The notes under the pieces: model-generated
Databases searched by the model: none
What the model was told of the DNA's origin: nothing
Seen by the model: only the letters and a program-made list of their open reading frames with translations
Made by a program: the position numbers and the translations under genes
In this document: in pieces, positions 59,747 through 64,000 of the stretch
How the letters are laid out: every line of letters begins with the position of its first letter
How positions within the stretch are numbered: position 1 is the stretch's first letter
Source: Eledone cirrhosa
Lineage: Eukaryota
Direction of reading: 5' to 3'
Assembly: GCA_964016885.1 (NCBI GenBank)
Contig: OZ024755.1
Span: 8,556,001-8,620,000 of the forward strand
Length of the DNA: 64,000 nucleotides

Positions 59747-59750
<4 letters not shown>
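59553..59750 (+). mobile_element. (TA)n-flanked insert with a hammerhead 3' half
   Basis: CGAAACTCGAGTC (palindromic stem III plus GUC) at ~59595-59607; CTATTGAGTACG in the tail. Confidence 0.6.
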
Positions 59751-59783
<33 letters not shown>

Positions 59784-60382
59784 CAAGAAGATGGAGAAAT
59801 TATTTAAATATATGGATATGAAGATAGAAATAGAACCAACGATGATCTCACGCTGTATTAAAAGGTTATTTATTGTTCTAGGAACCAATTGTTATATTTG
59901 AAGGCTTCACTTGTGAATATATGTGGCTTGACTACTAAATTGACTGCGCATGTGAGGGACGACATTAACAAACACCAGATTTCAACTCCGTACATAAATA
60001 AAGCATGGTTGCTCTTGAAAACTTGTTTTGATAATAAGCCAACAAGGGGGACTTTAAAATAGCCTGATCATGCTGCTCATGTCAGTTTGCCAAACAATTT
60101 GGTGATTGCAAATGTTCTGGTTATAAATAGTAAAAGAAGACACGAGATGTATCAATGATGAAAGTTGAATTGAAGTTTGCTTAAGTCTGATAATCAGACC
60201 CTCTCTTTTACATTTAAATACATCTCTCATGTGAATCGTATGAATGGCAAAAATACGTGACCTTAAATGATAATTAATACAATGTAAATGTATCTGTATG
60301 TCTCTCTGTCTGTTTACATTTATTTAAATGTATGTATATATATAATAAACTATATCCATCTCTCGCACTCATTCATACACAC

Positions 60383-60417
<35 letters not shown>

Positions 60418-60420
<3 letters not shown>

Positions 60421-60538
60421 CGAAGTAGTTGTGTTAAGGAACCAGATGGACGATAACGCACCAGAGTACTCAATCCATTTCGACAGAAATAGCCATCGAA
60501 ACGGCTTAAGCTCTGCCAACGGGGTCATACATTTTTTC
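60418..60538 (-). mobile_element. Family H1 copy, internally deleted
   Basis: Reverse tail plus inverted arm carrying GAAACGGCTTAAGCTCTGCC-AAC-GGGGT (cleavage triplet mutated). Confidence 0.75.
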
Positions 60539-60559
60539 AGACATATATATAGTGTTATG

Positions 60560-61089
60560 CTTAGGGAGGGTCATGTTGCCAATAAGAAACACACGCACCA
60601 GTTGTTTCACTTCAATTTATTATAAATTAAATTTATAAATTTAGGAATTTATAAATTTCCGGTTGCTTGGTTGGTTCCACAACCAGACGATTGTTCATAT
60701 ATTGTCAATGTTCTTTCGTCACACATTCTGTGACCTCTTCAGTGACTGGGGATTCTTTTCTTTGTTTTTGTGCCTCTCCTTTGTTCTGTCCTAAGCCATC
60801 TTGTTTTTGTGTGTGTTGGGTGCTTAGTTTGCGCATGTGTTACATCCGAGTGTCAGTGTGTGTTTATATTTGTTTATTTATTTGTTTATCTACATGTTAC
60901 TGGTTGGTTGTTTGTTCTATGTGTGTGTGTGTTTTCATTTTGTCCTTAATTGTACGTTGTGATGTTAATTGAAGTGAAACAACTGGTGCGTGTGTTTCTT
61001 ATTGCCAGCATGACTCTCCCAAAGGATAACAATATCGGTTTCAACACACGTTTTCAGATAAAGAATCTTGCTAAACAAATTCAGAAACG

Positions 61090-61090
<1 letters not shown>
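60560..61090 (-). mobile_element. Family H2 copy (decayed hammerhead 60703-60747) with an inverted terminal segment at 60967-61090
   Basis: TCTTTCGTCACACATTCTGTGACCTCTTCAGTGACT; 60560-60618 is the mirror image of 60967-61022. Confidence 0.8.
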
Positions 61091-61154
<64 letters not shown>

Positions 61155-61518
61155 GAAGCAGTCAAAGCATAAACAATGTTTTCCATTCTTTAGCTCTCAT
61201 ACTGGGCGACTTTAGATTTGTTGGGTTAGATCACGTGTAATGTATACATCTGTCTATGTGTGTGTGAGTGTGTGAGAGAGAGAGAGAAGGAGAGAGAGAG
61301 AGAGAAAACAAATATAACAATGTATGTTTCAAATCACGATATTACTTCAAGATTGTTGGAAAAACAATATCCATCTATCTATCATATATGGGGAAAAATC
61401 GATTAATTTTTAAATTGCATTTGTGATAGTATTTTACACGTTTTTATTGTATGTAAACTTACCCCTTTGTATTTGTCCCATTCTTTTGTGTCCCTGTGGC
61501 TAATAAAGAAACATATCT

Positions 61519-61577
<59 letters not shown>

Positions 61578-61579
<2 letters not shown>

Positions 61580-61660
61580 TAAAATAACAGATTAAAGTTT
61601 AAGCAAAGAATCGCTGCTTTCACCCTTAACGGGATCTTCTTTGGATTTTAGTCTTCAATT
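61578..61660 (-). mobile_element. Family H3, 3' end between TA arrays
   Basis: ATAACAGATTAAAGTTTAAGC..TCGCTGCTTTCACCCTTAACGGGATCTTC. Confidence 0.75.
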
Positions 61661-61670
61661 TTATTATTAT

Positions 61671-61720
<50 letters not shown>

Positions 61721-62043
61721 CTGTTTCTGTGTGCTCGTTTAGTCGATCATATTGGGTACCATAGATATTTTATCTATCATTATTTGTCGAGCCGCTATGT
61801 TTCATGCCTAAAGAAACCCATAAGAAACACAGACACTGTCATATAATTATAAAGGTAAGCTTTATCATTAAATACAAGCATTTAATCGAAATAAAATCTA
61901 ATTCAAAACTTAAATAAGTTTGTACTCACATACACACGTATTTATATATTAAAAGAGATAGAGAATGTGTAAAATAGAGAGAAGTAAAGTGAGAGAAAGT
62001 AATGCTTATATAAATACTTATCTATATTGAATGGTCGATATCT

Positions 62044-62114
62044 ATGTCCCCAAAATGTATACACGCTTCAACAGCATTCTAATAAATATGTGTATACATT
62101 CTTTGGGACAGCCT

Positions 62115-62116
<2 letters not shown>
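62044..62116. mobile_element. Tc1/mariner-type mini-MITE related to 37868-37955
   Basis: TGTCCCCAAAATGTATACAC..GTGTATACATTCTTTGGGACAGCCTGTA. Confidence 0.6.
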
Positions 62117-62550
<434 letters not shown>

Positions 62551-63677
62551 AGTTAGAGAGTTGATAAATATGTGTGTGAGTATGGCCAATTATATGTGGT
62601 AGTATAAGACAGCTGTGTAGGAAAGGGTAATATATATAGTTATATATCTTCTCATTACTGTTTCTGTCTGGACGAAACAAAAACAAAACGTGTCTTCAAG
62701 AATGGATGCAGTCTATGGAGACACCACGTATCAGATACTAAAAAATAATATTTGTGATATCTCTAACTCGCCCCCTATCTCTTTCTGTCTGTCTATCTGA
62801 CTGTCTCCACTTTCATTATCTCACTCTCTTTCCTCTTACTCTCTTACTCTCTCTTACTCTCACAAACACAGCTATCGGTTTGTAATACATAAACTCATAC
62901 GCTTTTAATAATGCAAAGACACGAAGTCTGGTAAGTTTCAAAGGTCGTAAATGGGAAGCTGCGACCTCAGTGACTTTTCCAATCAGAGTTGAAATATCCA
63001 TTTTGCAAGGCAATATCACCACATTTATATATATATATATATGTATGTGTGTATGTTTGTATTTATGTATATATATATACAGTTAATTAAATATGTTTGT
63101 CTGTCTTATTCCACAAGGAGAGAGACAGGCAGATAGAGACAGATTAAAAGCGAATATGTTTTGTGTGCATTTTTTTTTGGTATATACTGTGTAGCTTTTC
63201 GTGTTATTGCATCTCAAATTAGAAACAACCTATTATTTGCCGTCTATATACTCGTCATTTAATTCTTCCAGTAAATGCTCCAACCCACATTGGGTATTTC
63301 TCTATCTATTGTATCAGCAACGCTCATGCAATCTCATCTGCAAAAGTGATGTGCTTTCTCTATTTTACTTAGTCTCCTTTAGTTTCTCAGCCATTTTACT
63401 GTGTAATGGGTGTATTTACTCTTGCCACTAATATAAAAGTGGCTGAGTTTTCCACTGAAAGTATTGCAGGCATTTTGCAGAGTGTAATGGATGAAGTTTA
63501 TCGGGTCAGAGAAAATAGGTTGGTTGCTATATCCTTTATTGGACTCAAGTGCTCTGCCTACTCTGCTTGGCATAGTTTGGTTTCTTTTGCCAGCACAGAG
63601 AGGGTTCCGATCCGTTGCGCAACTGACTGACGTGGTACAAATTCATCATGTTATGAAACTGTGTGAATTTTCTGCTG

Positions 63678-63715
<38 letters not shown>

Positions 63716-63723
63716 TATATATA

Positions 63724-63911
63724 TAACAAAGAAGGTGTGGTAAGATACCACGTGGGCCATAACGCAACAGAGTACTCAATACTTAGGGTAGTAGAGTGGG
63801 TAATAGGAAAAGAGTCTGGACCCCTACGGCTGAGCTCCAGCCGTTTCGACAGTTAGATTTGAACAGCTGTCAAAACGGCCGGTGCTCAGATCTCGGGGTC
63901 CTGACCCTTTT

Positions 63912-63915
<4 letters not shown>
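63724..63915 (-). mobile_element. Family H1 copy with a ~110-bp fold-back
   Basis: Reverse tail plus palindrome 63804-63915, in TA context. Confidence 0.8.
63820..63847 (-). ncRNA. Hammerhead 3' half with a GUA triplet
   Basis: GAAAC-GGC-UGGAGCUCA-GCC-GUA-GGGGU. Confidence 0.65.
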
Positions 63916-63963
<48 letters not shown>

Positions 63964-64000
63964 TCAAATTTAATATAAATTAAATTTATAAATTTAAGAA

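Noticed and set aside
62860-63670. Short ORFs in unique-looking sequence
   Set aside because: Frames are interrupted and no motif is recognised; possibly decayed transposon coding sequence but cannot be assigned.

Overview
AT-rich, microsatellite-saturated eukaryotic DNA. It is most likely intronic or intergenic sequence from a cephalopod (Octopus-like), inferred from the SINE families and repeat density and not verified. Almost all listed ORFs are artefacts of (TA)n/(CA)n/(GGT)n/(AGT)n repeats. The window holds many tRNA-derived SINEs (two with 18-20 bp TSDs), two R4/Dong-type LINE 3' fragments, Tc1/mariner- and hAT-like MITEs, several minisatellites and a ~6.7 kb (TA/CA) array. There is one plausible 204-bp exon (56245-56448, minus) and one candidate micro-exon. 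The main discovery is a set of short non-coding inserts inside (TA)n tracts, from several unrelated families, that share one architecture: a 5' fold-back hairpin, often a type I hammerhead ribozyme (near-intact at 59324-59368 and 20992-21036; decayed at 6724-6819; 3' halves at 1163-1190 and 63820-63847), often an AATAAA and/or TGAGTRC motif, and a 3' end fused to (TA)n. This is best read as a microsatellite-targeted, hammerhead-bearing Penelope-like/retrozyme system. Coordinates were read by eye and may be off by a few bases.
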